Positions 27,783 to 38,326 of a stretch of 64,000 nucleotides of DNA are shown here, piece by piece. How positions within the stretch are numbered: position 1 is the first letter of the stretch; every line of letters starts with the position of its first letter. Where the stretch lies: assembly GCA_963845755.1 (NCBI GenBank), contig CAWJTV010000034.1:544001-608000 (forward strand), written 5' to 3'. The notes under the pieces are model-generated. The model was not told the origin of the DNA. It worked only from the letters and a program-made list of their open reading frames with translations, and searched no databases. The stretch is from an uncultured Planctomycetota bacterium (lineage in GTDB: Bacteria > Planctomycetota > Planctomycetia > Isosphaerales > Isosphaeraceae). The position numbers and the translations under genes were made by a program.

Positions 27783-29030
27783 TCAGGACGTTTTATTGGC
27801 CTCGATCCCAGCCACTCGCTCGAAGAACTCCTTGAGCGGCGGGATGCAAACCTCGAGGCTGTAGTGTTCCTCGATCGTGCGGCGGGCGACCTGGCCCAGT
27901 GGGGCGAATTCGGCCGGGTCGTCGAGCACCCGCAGGGCCGTCTCGGTCAGGCGTTCGACGTCGAACAGAGGCTCGACCAGCCCGTTCTCGCCCGGACGGA
28001 TCACCTCGCGGACCGGCGGTACGTCCGAGCCCAGCACGACGCAGCCGCAGGCCATCGCATTCAACAGCGACCACGAGAGCACAAACGGGGCCGTCAGGTA
28101 GATGTGCAGATCGCTGATCCGCATGATGTCGGCCAGTTGCTCGGGGAGAATGCGTCCCAGGAACAGGAACCGCGACAGGTCGTAGCTCCCCCGACTCAGG
28201 ACCCACTGCTTGAAGCTAGGTGCCCCGGTGTGGAGCTTATCCCATCCGTAGTGGATCTCCTCGCCACCGACCACCACGAAGAGCACGTCGGACCTCTGCC
28301 GAGCGATCCGATCGGCCGTCTGCATGAACACGTCGAACCCCCGGATCGACTCCAGTCCCCGCGAGACGAACGTGACCACGCGCGAGCCCGGCGGAATCGA
28401 CGTCGTCCCGATTCGTCGCGGCGCCGGACCAGGATGGTAGAGCTCCAGGTCGATCCCATCGAAGTGCACCTCGATCTTGGACTGAAACCGCGCCGGGAAC
28501 GAGGCTTTCTGCCAGTGTGTCGCCGAGTAGCCGGCGTCGCAGTTAACCAGCGTCGCCAGGGTCGGCGCGTTGATGCAGCGCGGGAAGAACGGGGCCGGCT
28601 CGGCCGGCGGCAGGTCGATTCGGTAAGAGATGTCGCGATGGTTGTTCGCGAAGTAATACTCACAATAATTGATGATGGGGCAGTCGAGCAACTCGCGGAG
28701 GAACAGCGTGGGCGCGCCACGACCGCCGTGAGCGACAACCAGCTCGGGGCGGAGCTGGGTCTTGGCCTTGATGGTGTCGTGGACCGAGCGGCATTGTTCG
28801 AGGTATTGGCCGTAAATCTGGGGCCAGGGGATGCCCTCGCCGGACTTGTGCTCGGCCGTCAGGGGCATTTGGTACAACTCGAGGACCTGGAGCATCTCGG
28901 GCGTCGGCGTCGGACAGCTCGAGAGGCTTTGCACCAGGAACTGGCACTTCCAACCGTATCGTCGGTGTAGCTCGAATCCGAGTCGTCCGAACTGGGCGGG
29001 GAAAGCGTCATGGATGAAGAGGACGTTCAT
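27783..29030 (-). CDS. glycosyltransferase family 4
   Basis: MNVLFIHDAFPAQFG, VTFVSRGLESIRGFDVF, SDLHIYLTAPFVLSWSLLNAMACGCVVLGSDVPPVREVI; TGATG overlap with the upstream gene. Confidence 0.9.
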   Translation of the reverse strand: MNVLFIHDAFPAQFGRLGFELHRRYGWKCQFLVQSLSSCPTPTPEMLQVLELYQMPLTAEHKSGEGIPWPQIYGQYLEQCRSVHDTIKAKTQLRPELVVAHGGRGAPTLFLRELLDCPIINYCEYYFANNHRDISYRIDLPPAEPAPFFPRCINAPTLATLVNCDAGYSATHWQKASFPARFQSKIEVHFDGIDLELYHPGPAPRRIGTTSIPPGSRVVTFVSRGLESIRGFDVFMQTADRIARQRSDVLFVVVGGEEIHYGWDKLHTGAPSFKQWVLSRGSYDLSRFLFLGRILPEQLADIMRISDLHIYLTAPFVLSWSLLNAMACGCVVLGSDVPPVREVIRPGENGLVEPLFDVERLTETALRVLDDPAEFAPLGQVARRTIEEHYSLEVCIPPLKEFFERVAGIEANKTS

Positions 29031-30303
29031 CACCATCCTCCCCGGGCGGCGGCCAGGCTGCCGAGCTGCTCGGCGAGTTGGGGTAGACACGCGTCCTGGC
29101 TGAATCGCTCGCGCACGAATTGCGCCGCGGCGTCGCCGAGCGGCCGGTGGGCTTCCGGGTCATCCAGCACGGCCAGAGCCCGTCGCGCCAGGGTGTCGGC
29201 GTCTCGAGCGTCAACTAGCAGGCCGGTCTCTCCAGGACGGATGACCTGGCGGTGCGGCTCGGTGTCCGAGACCAGCACGACGCAGCCGGCGGCCATCGCC
29301 TCGAGCAGCGACCGCGCGACCGGATAGACACGCCCCGGCGCGACGTGCAGATCGCTGGCCGCCAGGACCTCCGCTACGGTCGCCGGCGTCGAGGCGCCCA
29401 GGAACCAGAGCCGATGCGGGTCCACGACCGGTCGCCCGGCCAGCAAATGTGCGGGGTAATCCTTGTTATGGAACGCGACATCCAGACTCCGTTTGACGAT
29501 CGGGTCGCCCACCACGACGATCAAGGCGTCGGGCCGGTCGCGGAGCACCGCGTCGGCGGTTGCCAGGAACCGGTCGAACCCGCGAACCTGGTCCAACGAC
29601 CGGGCTACGAAGCTGACGACCCTCGTCGAATCGGCGATCGCACGACCGGCAATGGTGCGACCGCCGGTCCTCGCGGCATGCCAGGCCGAACGCACGAAAC
29701 GGCGCGTGTCAACGCCGTCGTGCAACACCAGGAGCCCGTCACGATATTCGGTCGGGAACAGCCCGCGCTGCCAGTCCGTCGGTGTCCAGCCCAGCGTGGC
29801 CTGTTCGAGGTCGAGGAGATCGATCGCGGCCATCGACCGTCGCCAGTGGAAGTAAGCCGGCGGAGTCTCGGGCCCGGTCTCGTCGGCCAGGTCGTTTCGG
29901 TGGGCGTGATAGTAATAATCCAGGAAGTTGACCACCGGCGCGGCGGGCCAGTAGACCGGCGCGAACAAGGACGAGCCCAACCCCGCGGAACGGCCGACGA
30001 TCAGGTCAATCGGGCGGGGCCGGCGCTGTTCCAGGACCTCCCAGCATCCGTAGGAGTAGCACAGGCTGCGTTCCATCGCGCGAGACCAGGTCACGGCCGA
30101 TTCGCGCCAACACCCCCCACGCCGAAGACCTGAACCTCCAGCCCCTGGCCGACCGAGGCGGGCCAGGTTTCGCGCGGATCGAGCGAATGGCAGTAGAACC
30201 ACGACCGATATCCCCGTCGGCGGACCAGCCAGTCGGCAACGGCACCCAGCCGGCCCGGAAACGTGGGCTCTACCCAGAGCACGTTGAGCGGGTCTTGAGC
30301 CAT
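29030..30303 (-). CDS. glycosyltransferase family 4 (paralogue; frameshift near 30110)
   Basis: MAQDPLNVLWVEPTFPGRLG (ORF 30091-30303) continues into ...VSFVARSLDQVRGFDRF...SLLEAMAAGCVVLVSD. Confidence 0.85.
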
Positions 30304-30363
30304 GAGTGCGGCGGGGTTTCGGGGCCCGACAGTCGGAGGCTTCGCGCGAGCGATCGGGCTCGC

Positions 30364-30837
30364 TCACCACGCGAAATGGGCGAACGCCTTGTTGGCATCG
30401 GCCATGCGGTGGACGTTCTCGCGGCGGGTGATGGCGGCCCCTTCCCGGTTGTAGGCGGCAACCAGCTCGTCGGCGAGCTTGATCGCCATCGGCCGCCCCT
30501 TCTTCTCGCGGGCGGCCATCAGGAGCCATCGGATCGACAAGGTCTGCTGCCGGTTCTTGTTAACCTGCATCGGGACCTGGTACGTCGCACCGCCAACGCG
30601 CTTGGAGCGGACCTCGATCAGCGGCTTGACGTTCTCCACCGCACGCGTGAACACATCGATCGGGTTTTCATTCGGGAGCCGCTTGTGGATCAGCTCCATC
30701 GCGTCATAGAAGATCTTGATCGCTACGCTCTTCTTGCCGTCGTGCATGACGCAGTTGATGAACTTGCCGGCCAGCTTCGAGCCGAATCGCGGGTCCGGGC
30801 GGAGGTGGGTCTTGCTGGCGGTGAACTTCCGGGCCAT
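30364..30837 (-). CDS. rpsG: 30S ribosomal protein S7
   Basis: [55 protein letters not shown]. Confidence 0.98.
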   Translation of the reverse strand: MARKFTASKTHLRPDPRFGSKLAGKFINCVMHDGKKSVAIKIFYDAMELIHKRLPNENPIDVFTRAVENVKPLIEVRSKRVGGATYQVPMQVNKNRQQTLSIRWLLMAAREKKGRPMAIKLADELVAAYNREGAAITRRENVHRMADANKAFAHFAW

Positions 30838-30859
30838 ACGGGTCAGTCCCTCTCAGCTT

Positions 30860-30979
30860 GGGATTCCAGATTGCCGATTCCAGATTCCAGAATTCGCGGA
30901 TTCCCGATTCCAAGGCACAAGAACCAGACTGGAGGGATCGTCTCTCCATGGGGAATCTGGAATCTCGAATCTGGAATCC
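30860..30979. repeat. heptamer hairpin in the rpsL-rpsG spacer
   Basis: GATTCCA-type heptamers at 30861-30912 and inverted GGAATCT copies at 30951-30979 (25/29 complementary to 30861-30889). Confidence 0.8.
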
Positions 30980-30986
30980 GTGAACG

Positions 30987-31385
30987 TTATTTCTTCTTGG
31001 CCCCCGGCGCGGCGGCCTTCTTGCGGGGAGCGCCATACTTGGAACGCGCCTGTTTCCGCTCGCCGACACCCTGGCAGTCGAGCACGCCGCGGACGATGTG
31101 ATAGCGCACGCCCGGCAAGTCGCGGACGCGACCGCCCCGCACGAGGACGATCGAGTGTTCCTGGAGATTGTGCCCTTCGCCACCGATGTAAGCGGTGATC
31201 TCCTTGCCGTTGGATAGCCGCACACGTGCGACTTTCCGCAGCGCCGAGTTGGGCTTCTTGGGCGTCATCGTCTTGACCTGGAGGCACACGCCCCGCTTGA
31301 ACGGCGAGGACTCCAGGACGGGCGCCTTGGTCTTATACTTGACCGGCCGGCGCGGTTTTCGGACAAGCTGGTTGATCGTGGGCAT
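30987..31385 (-). CDS. rpsL: 30S ribosomal protein S12
   Basis: [49 protein letters not shown]. Confidence 0.98.
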   Translation of the reverse strand: MPTINQLVRKPRRPVKYKTKAPVLESSPFKRGVCLQVKTMTPKKPNSALRKVARVRLSNGKEITAYIGGEGHNLQEHSIVLVRGGRVRDLPGVRYHIVRGVLDCQGVGERKQARSKYGAPRKKAAAPGAKKK

Positions 31386-31579
31386 GTATCCGTCGTTCCG
31401 TTCCCTTGACCTCACCGCCGCGACATCGGGTCCCAACGGCTGGTTCGAACCGATGCTCCAACAGGCTCGCCCCGCACGCATTCCCTGCTCTAGCACGGCG
31501 CGCAGCGAGACTGATTCTCAGAGTGCCAAAGTTCTTAAGATACCGCCAACCCTGAGAATGTCAAGCATTCGACCAGGCT

Positions 31580-32683
31580 TCAGGCCAGTTTGGGCACGGG
31601 AAGCGAGCTTAGAGCCGTGAGGGTCGCCACCAGGCCGATATACTGCATGAGAATCCCCGGATCCGGCTCTTGAGCCGGCCTTTCCACGACCGTGCGAGCG
31701 GCTCCAACCACCATTAACACGAGCAGCAGGAGCGAGAGGCCTTCTTCCTGAGCCAGGGCCCAGGCGGTGGCGATGGCGGCAACCGCCAGCCAGCGTTGCG
31801 GGCGGGTCAGGCTGCGGAATGCGCGTCCGCCGTCGAGCTGCCAGATCGGAATCAGGTTGAATAAGTTGATGAGAGCTCCCACTTGCGCCAGCGCGGCCCA
31901 GATCGGTTGGTGGGACAGGGCGTAGATGCCGGCGCAGGCCACGGCGGCGAAGAGGCCCCAGATCGGGCCAGCCAATCCGACGCGTGCGTCTTGCCTCGGA
32001 TCGATGAAACCCTGTTTCAGTCGGATGACCGCCCCGATGCCCGGTAGGAACAACGGCGCACTGGCCTTGACGCCATACCGCATCAGGGCGGCGACATGGC
32101 CCATCTCGTGGATGTAGATCGACAAGACCAAGCCCAGAGCAAACCAACCGCCGAATACCGTCCAGTACACGCTGAAGGCCGCGAGCATCGACCAGAACGT
32201 ACTCGCCTTGGTCAGACCGAGCAGGAGCAACTTCCCTTTGGAGAGGAGTAAGACCGCCAGAACCTTGAACTTCCAGACAGCCACCGCGACTGTACCGATA
32301 ACCCCCGAAACCACGCCTCCCGACCATCGTGAGCCGGTCGCCGGACCGCCCGGGCGGGGCTGGGACTTCGGCGCCGCGGCCGTCCTGGAAACCGGCCGTG
32401 ATTCGACCTGTCGGTTCAGCCGGCTGATGCGGCCGGCGATGGTCGCGTGCTGGCGGCTCTCCGGCGGTAGAAGGGTCATCGCCTCCTGCCAGAAAGCCAG
32501 GGCGCCGGACGGATCGCCCTGGCGTTCCGCGGCCTCGGCAGAGCCAGCCAGCTCCTTGAGCCGGTCACTGTGGACTAACCAGTGGCAGCCTGGGCAAATC
32601 AGGAGATTTGACCCGACCTCGCCACCGCACGACGGGCACCAGAACGCAGAGACAATTGAGGGGCTCGCCGGTTCACCGTTCAT
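31580..32683 (-). CDS. site-2 protease (M50) family membrane metalloprotease with N-terminal Zn ribbon and TPR-like helices
   Basis: CPSCGG..CPGC; IHEMGH; GLAGPIWG; NLFNLIPIWQLDGG. Confidence 0.88.
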   Translation of the reverse strand: MNGEPASPSIVSAFWCPSCGGEVGSNLLICPGCHWLVHSDRLKELAGSAEAAERQGDPSGALAFWQEAMTLLPPESRQHATIAGRISRLNRQVESRPVSRTAAAPKSQPRPGGPATGSRWSGGVVSGVIGTVAVAVWKFKVLAVLLLSKGKLLLLGLTKASTFWSMLAAFSVYWTVFGGWFALGLVLSIYIHEMGHVAALMRYGVKASAPLFLPGIGAVIRLKQGFIDPRQDARVGLAGPIWGLFAAVACAGIYALSHQPIWAALAQVGALINLFNLIPIWQLDGGRAFRSLTRPQRWLAVAAIATAWALAQEEGLSLLLLVLMVVGAARTVVERPAQEPDPGILMQYIGLVATLTALSSLPVPKLA

Positions 32684-33671
32684 CGTCGATCACCTCGGGG
32701 GCCGGTTCGCCGGGATCGGCTGTACCCAGGCGGAACGGCCCGTTGAACGCCAGAACTAACCGCCGATTGATCTTCCAGGCTTCCCACAGGGCGAAGGCGA
32801 AGATCAGGCCGGAGATGGGCGCACCGTATGCCGCAAGAATGGGGAAGGTGTAGCACAGACCGATCACAATGACCAAAGCTACGAGGAAATCCGCAAGTTT
32901 GGGCGGTGGTTCTTTGTCGGCGGGAACCTCCTTAGCGACCACGTCCTCGGCCGCCTTCTCCGCCTTGGCGTCGTTGGCTACGACGAGTGTGCCATCCGCA
33001 GACGGCGGCGCCGGCTTCGGTGCCGCCTCGGCTTCCTGGGACTTCACCGCCCCGCCCACTGGAGCCACGGCCGCTTTAGCCTTGGTCTTGGCCCGATCGC
33101 GCTCGATCTTCTCGAGCAACGCCTGGGCCTCTTTTTGAGCCTGCTCGGCCTCGCCCTTCTTCACGTGAGCCGCGTTGCCTTCGAGGGCAATGGGGACGAG
33201 CATCGCCGTGATCGCGGAATACGTCAAGAACAGGGCGAGGAACTGGTACCCGAGCCCGCCGCGATTCCCCGACCCCTTTCGGACGGCACCACCGACCATC
33301 AAGCCGATCAGGACCGCAATGATGCCGATATTCCAGCCGGTCGCCCGGATGATTGCGTAATAAATCACAGCCCCGGCAACCGCGGCGATCGAGCCGAGAA
33401 CCAGCGCCTTGATCGCTCGACCGAATCGCGAACCGCCGCGAAAAGCGGCCTCGACCCCGTGGCGACACCGCGCGCAGAACACCTTGCCGCTGAGCTCGTA
33501 GTATTCCTCTGCGATCGGCTGTTTGCAGACCGTGCAGGCCGGACCTGCTGCACTGGCCGGCGCGGCGAACTCCGCCTGGTCGAACTGGAGATCTTCTCCG
33601 GCTTCTTCGGGGAGTGCCTCGTCTCCCGTCGGCGTTGGGAAGGCGTTCGGTTCGGACACGGGCGGCCTCAA
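32673..33671 (-). CDS. membrane protein with N-terminal CxxC...CxxC Zn finger
   Basis: CTVCKQPIAEEYYELSGKVFCARC followed by about five hydrophobic helices; stop overlaps the M50 start region. Confidence 0.75.
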   Translation of the reverse strand: MRPPVSEPNAFPTPTGDEALPEEAGEDLQFDQAEFAAPASAAGPACTVCKQPIAEEYYELSGKVFCARCRHGVEAAFRGGSRFGRAIKALVLGSIAAVAGAVIYYAIIRATGWNIGIIAVLIGLMVGGAVRKGSGNRGGLGYQFLALFLTYSAITAMLVPIALEGNAAHVKKGEAEQAQKEAQALLEKIERDRAKTKAKAAVAPVGGAVKSQEAEAAPKPAPPSADGTLVVANDAKAEKAAEDVVAKEVPADKEPPPKLADFLVALVIVIGLCYTFPILAAYGAPISGLIFAFALWEAWKINRRLVLAFNGPFRLGTADPGEPAPEVIDDER

Positions 33672-33887
33672 GATGATGTCAAACGAGGAGAGCGACTGGC
33701 GGAACGGTACTAGGACCCTTGCATTATAATGACGCTACGGCCGGAACAAAAGCTCACGATTCGCGCGAAGTCACCTCGGGCATTGGACACGGCGTGCTAC
33801 AGGATTGGTGATGGTATCGTGGGGTTGGCATGGGGGATCGGAGCGGACGTCGAAGCGGCCTCCCGAGCCCCTGTTTTTCGGTAATGC

Positions 33888-35268
33888 TCACCGTCGCCCG
33901 CGAAAACGATCGCGAGGTCCCGAGGGTCCGGGGACACGTGGCCCGGTACCACCCGGCGGTCTGGTGATCCGTGGACCGGCCGGGTTGGCTAATGTTGAAG
34001 GGTTCCCCTGAATCTCCCGGTCAATCTCATCTCGAGAGCGGGTGTAGGCGGCGATCAGGCGGTCGAACTCGGACTTGATGCCCGGGGTCGCCTTGAGTTC
34101 GACGAAGCTCCTGGAGGACGCGGTCGATCGCTCGGAGCAGGGGGGGGCCGCTGGATCGAGCGAACGCGGTCCGCTCGTCGGCCTCGAGAGGAGTGAGACT
34201 CCGACCGTGCTGCGCCGCGGCCTTCAATCGCTCGACGGCTCGGGAGATGCGGGCCTCGCCGCCAGGAATCGACGCGGGATCGCGGATCTGGGCATATCCG
34301 TCGGCGATGTCGTTGTAGGCGCTGGCCAGCGCGTCGAGGACGGCCTGATGCGCCGCGGTACCGCTCGCCGTTGCGCTCGATGCGGGACCGGGCTGGGATT
34401 GGGTCGATTCGGCGACCGCGAGGGCAGGGCCTTTCACCCCGGGCTTCGCCCCATCCGCGACGCTCGGTCGATTCGATCTCAGTGCGTTGGAGACGACGGT
34501 ATAGGCAACCGCGAAGGAAAATGCGCCGCTAATCACCCCGCCGGCGATTACGGCATGAGTCACCCACTGGGGCCGTCGTGGCTTCGCGGCCGCCGTTTCC
34601 CGCACGGCGTCCCCGGTACGAACCGGCGAGGCGGGGGCTGCGGGAGCCATCACGGGTGTCGCCGTTGCCTGGAGGCCAGCGCGGGCCGAGATTGCGGGCA
34701 TCGCTTCGGACGAGTCGACTTCCCACCATTCCGGGTCGTCATCGTCCTGGTCCGGGATTGGGATGAAGGTCATCGCGCCGTGATCCGGCCCAAGCTCGGG
34801 GGGCGAGTCGGAATGCGCTCCGTTCGGGACCGACGATTTCGGCAGGGCCGGTACCGGGTTCGGCGCACGTCCCCGGGAGGGTGGCTCAGGCTCCCGGCCC
34901 CGGCTCGCGGGCACCGATTCCCGCACCACCGCTCCAGGAGCGGACCACTGGGATCGTGTCGGAATCGTGAAGATGCCGCGACAGGCCGTACAGCGGCCCT
35001 GCTTCCCCGCCAGTTGCGCCGCGAGCCGGTAGCCGTGACCACAGGTCGGGCAGTTGAAGACGATCTTTTCCGGATTCGCCGGGCCCGCCACTTGCGCTTG
35101 CGGCGGTGACGGCATTGGCCGCTTCACGATCTCCGGCTGCCGGCGCGGATTCGCCGGGACCCGGAAGACTTCCTTGCAGACCTTGCAACGGCCCCGCTTC
35201 CCCCCCAGGTCGGCGGCAAATCGATAGGCGTGTCCGCAATTGGGGCAACAGAATGAGATCTCGGACAT
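33888..35268 (-). CDS. double Zn-ribbon, Pro-rich, single-TM protein (frameshift near 34100)
   Basis: MSEISFCCPNCGHAYRFAADLGGKRGRCKVC and IVFNCPTCGHGYRLAAQLAGKQGRCTAC; TM AVIAGGVISGAFSFAVAYTVV; removing one base extends the frame LKATPGIKSEFDRLIAAY... to TGA at 33888. Confidence 0.72.
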
Positions 35269-35670
35269 GGCCCAACCTGCTAGGAAACTCCCATCCCGGA
35301 CGATCCAACGATCCGGCTGATCGCATCGAACGTCCACCCCCGTGCCGATCTGTGCGCGACACTTCCTCTCTATTGTCTTCTCTCGTGCGGTTTTGTCGAG
35401 TGGCACCTTCGTCCCGTCGTGGTCCATGAGACGTTTGTTCAGGCTGCCGCGGTCCCACATAAAAGCGGTGACTGCGACAGCTTCACCCGATACAGCCTCT
35501 TAACCATCCCGAAGACATGGCAGAAGGTTCAGAGGCTGAGAAACCATGGAGTCAAATTCCCGGACTGCGGATGGTCATAGGATATAAATCCCGTCTACAT
35601 AGGGTATTACGTCAATTGAATCGGGAATCGACGATCCGATTCCACCAGATCCCAGCGCTCGAGGCGAGCA

Positions 35671-37861
35671 TCAACCCGGCAAGAGTCCGCCAACCAGGAG
35701 AGCCACGCCGGCGAGGCAGAGGACGACGGCCCAGGCGTATCGGCCGTGACGGGCATAGCTATTCCGCCGGACGCCATCGACGGTGATCGACTTGAGTTCC
35801 AGGTACGGCACCGGCGCGGCGTCGGAACCAGCCGACCGCCTCGACCGGCTTGCCGGCGAACTGGCCGGCGCGGAACAGTCCGAACAGCCACTCCCAGATG
35901 TGCAGGGGTTGTCGGTAGTCGAGGAACAGGATGCCCGTGCCGTCGCGCATCACGAAGTCCTCGGACCAGATCAAGCCCGGGACACCTTTGCCGATGATCG
36001 TTCCCCGCAACCGGGCCGGCACGGGGCGGACGTTCGACACCTTCACCTTGTGCAGCAGTCCCGCCACCGACAGCGGCGCGAAATAATCGCCCCGGTAGAC
36101 CAGGAACGTCTTGATCAGCGATCCGATGCCGAGTCCCAGCACAGGAAGGCCGATCATGGCGAGCATGGCCTGGGACCCCATGGCCACGACGCCCGCGGCC
36201 AGGCAGGCCGCCGCGGCACCCAGTCCCAGCAGCATCAACAGGAGCGGCAAGAACATCACGAGCAGATCGACCGCGAAATCATCCCAGTAGGATTCGGGTT
36301 TGCGCCGATCGAAGACGACGTAGGGCTCTTGACCCATGACCGCGGCCTGGTCGCCCAGGTACTGGAGCCGATGTGCGATGAGCGGATGCGTCGAACCCAG
36401 CTCATAGAACGTGGCCCACGGGTTCCACAGGTCCCATTGCATCGCGCTCTTGAGGTTTTCCTTGCTGACGGTGGGCTCGCGCAATTCCGTTCCGTCGGGG
36501 CTCGACCGGTCGAATCCCAGCGCGGCGGAGCTGGCCACCATGGCTACGGCCGACTTCCGATCGAAGATCCCCAGTGCGCCGAGGGCGTCCAGGGTCGGGG
36601 CCGCACGCTTCTTCTTGGATTTGGCCTTTCGATCCCCGGACTCGTCTTCGGATTCGGCCGGCGGTACGGTCCCTCGTGCAGCCAGCCCGTAGCCGATCTT
36701 GACCAGCGCCGAGGCCAGAGCACTGGGGTTGCCGGTCACCCGGCCGGCGAAGCGATCGGCGTAATACTCGCGGCAGCGGCTGAACCACAAGACGATGTAC
36801 TCGCTGGCGATGTACAGGACATACGCACCGACGGCCACGATGTACCGGTAGGCGTTATCCTTGCCTCTCCCGCCCGCCTCCATCGCTGTGCGAAAGGCAA
36901 AGTAGAGCAGGAGCGGGACGAGCTGGACGATCGTCATCAGCAGCATGTCCCAGTTCTTGCCGTGGCCGATCTCGTGCGCGACGACACCTTCCACCTCCTC
37001 GGGCTCCAGCAGGTCGAGGATTCCCTGCGTGATCACGATCCGCATATTGTTGGGATGGTGGCCGTACGTGAAGGCGTTCGGGGCCCCGTCGTGGATCAGG
37101 CCGAACCAGGGGACTCGCATATTCTGCTCGGCCGCCACGCGCTCGACGAATTCGCGCAGATGCGCGGGGAGCTGATCCGGCGGGACCCATGAGAACTTGT
37201 AGATCCACCTCAAGGCGAGGTCCATCAGCCACGGGCCGAAGGCGAATTGCAAGACGATGATCGCCACGCCGATCCCGACAGCCACGGCCGTCGTGATCAC
37301 CTGGAGCTCTGCCAGGGCGATCAGGACGAGTCCCAGGATGCCGTAGAGCAGGACCAGTACTCCGGCCGACCGGATCCAGAGATTGGGAAGCGGGAGCATT
37401 CCGGAAGCCAGGTCGCGCATCCGGACGTGACCGCGCTCGTCGAGCGCCGATTCGGTCGGGTCGTTCGCCGAGGAAATCAGGCCCTCGGCGCTCTCGCCGG
37501 CGTCCCAGTCGTCGGCCTCGAGGTTAAAGGCATGGCGGTCGGCCTCCATCGCCTTGGTGAGCTCGCCCGCGTCGAACCAGTAGCCCTCGCACTCGGGGCA
37601 ACGGTTGACCATCAGGTCCGCGCGGAGAAATGGCGACTCTTCCATCGGTATCTGACATCGCGGACAGTGACGGTGTGAGGGAGACGGATCGGCCGGCGCC
37701 TGTCCGAGCATTTGCTCGAGGTCCCTGGGCCTGCGGCTGAACAGGAAGACCTCACCCCGGTCGAGCCAGACTCCCTTGCAGGTCTTGCAGAAGTCGACGA
37801 GCACGCCTCCCTTGGCCATCGTCTCGACCAGGGAGGGTCGTTCACAGTGTGGACAATTCAT
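35671..37861 (-). CDS. HtpX-like M48 zinc metalloprotease with two N-terminal TFIIB-type Zn ribbons (frameshift near 35820)
   Basis: MNCPHC..VDFCKTCKGVWLDRGE and CPRC..CPECEGYWFDAGEL; PNAFTYG, VVAHEIGH, FSRCREYYADRFA, STHPLIAHRL; corrected C-terminus RRAPVPYLELK...LLPG-TGA. Confidence 0.88.
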
Positions 37862-38326
37862 CGTCGATGACTCCCTCCAGTGACCAGCGATTCGTGTCGA
37901 AGCCGATGATACGAGGCCGACGCCCGATCGCGCCGGTCCCGCAGTATCTTAGCAAGGGATTCGGATCGTTGGACCAAGTATTTCGGGATTTCACGAGGGT
38001 CTGGATCGTTGGAGACGCGGGACACGCACTGGCCGAGCCGAGTGGCCAAGTACGGGTCAGCCTATCGAAGGGGTCCTCTGAGTGCCGACGGATCAAGGCC
38101 GGAGCGACACGGACCTACGATCGGAGTTCGTGGTTTGTCTTGTTTGCATGGTGATGAAAGAAGACCCTGGCCGGTGCGAGACCATTCTTCTCCGATTCTG
38201 GAGCACATAAACGGATGAGTTGCGCACGCAATGTCGGCCGATCTCCGGCGGCCTAAATGGCCACTTGAGCCCAGCCCCGGGTGAAATCCGGGGTCCGCTT
38301 CGACGGGCCGTTCGCCCGATCGACGA

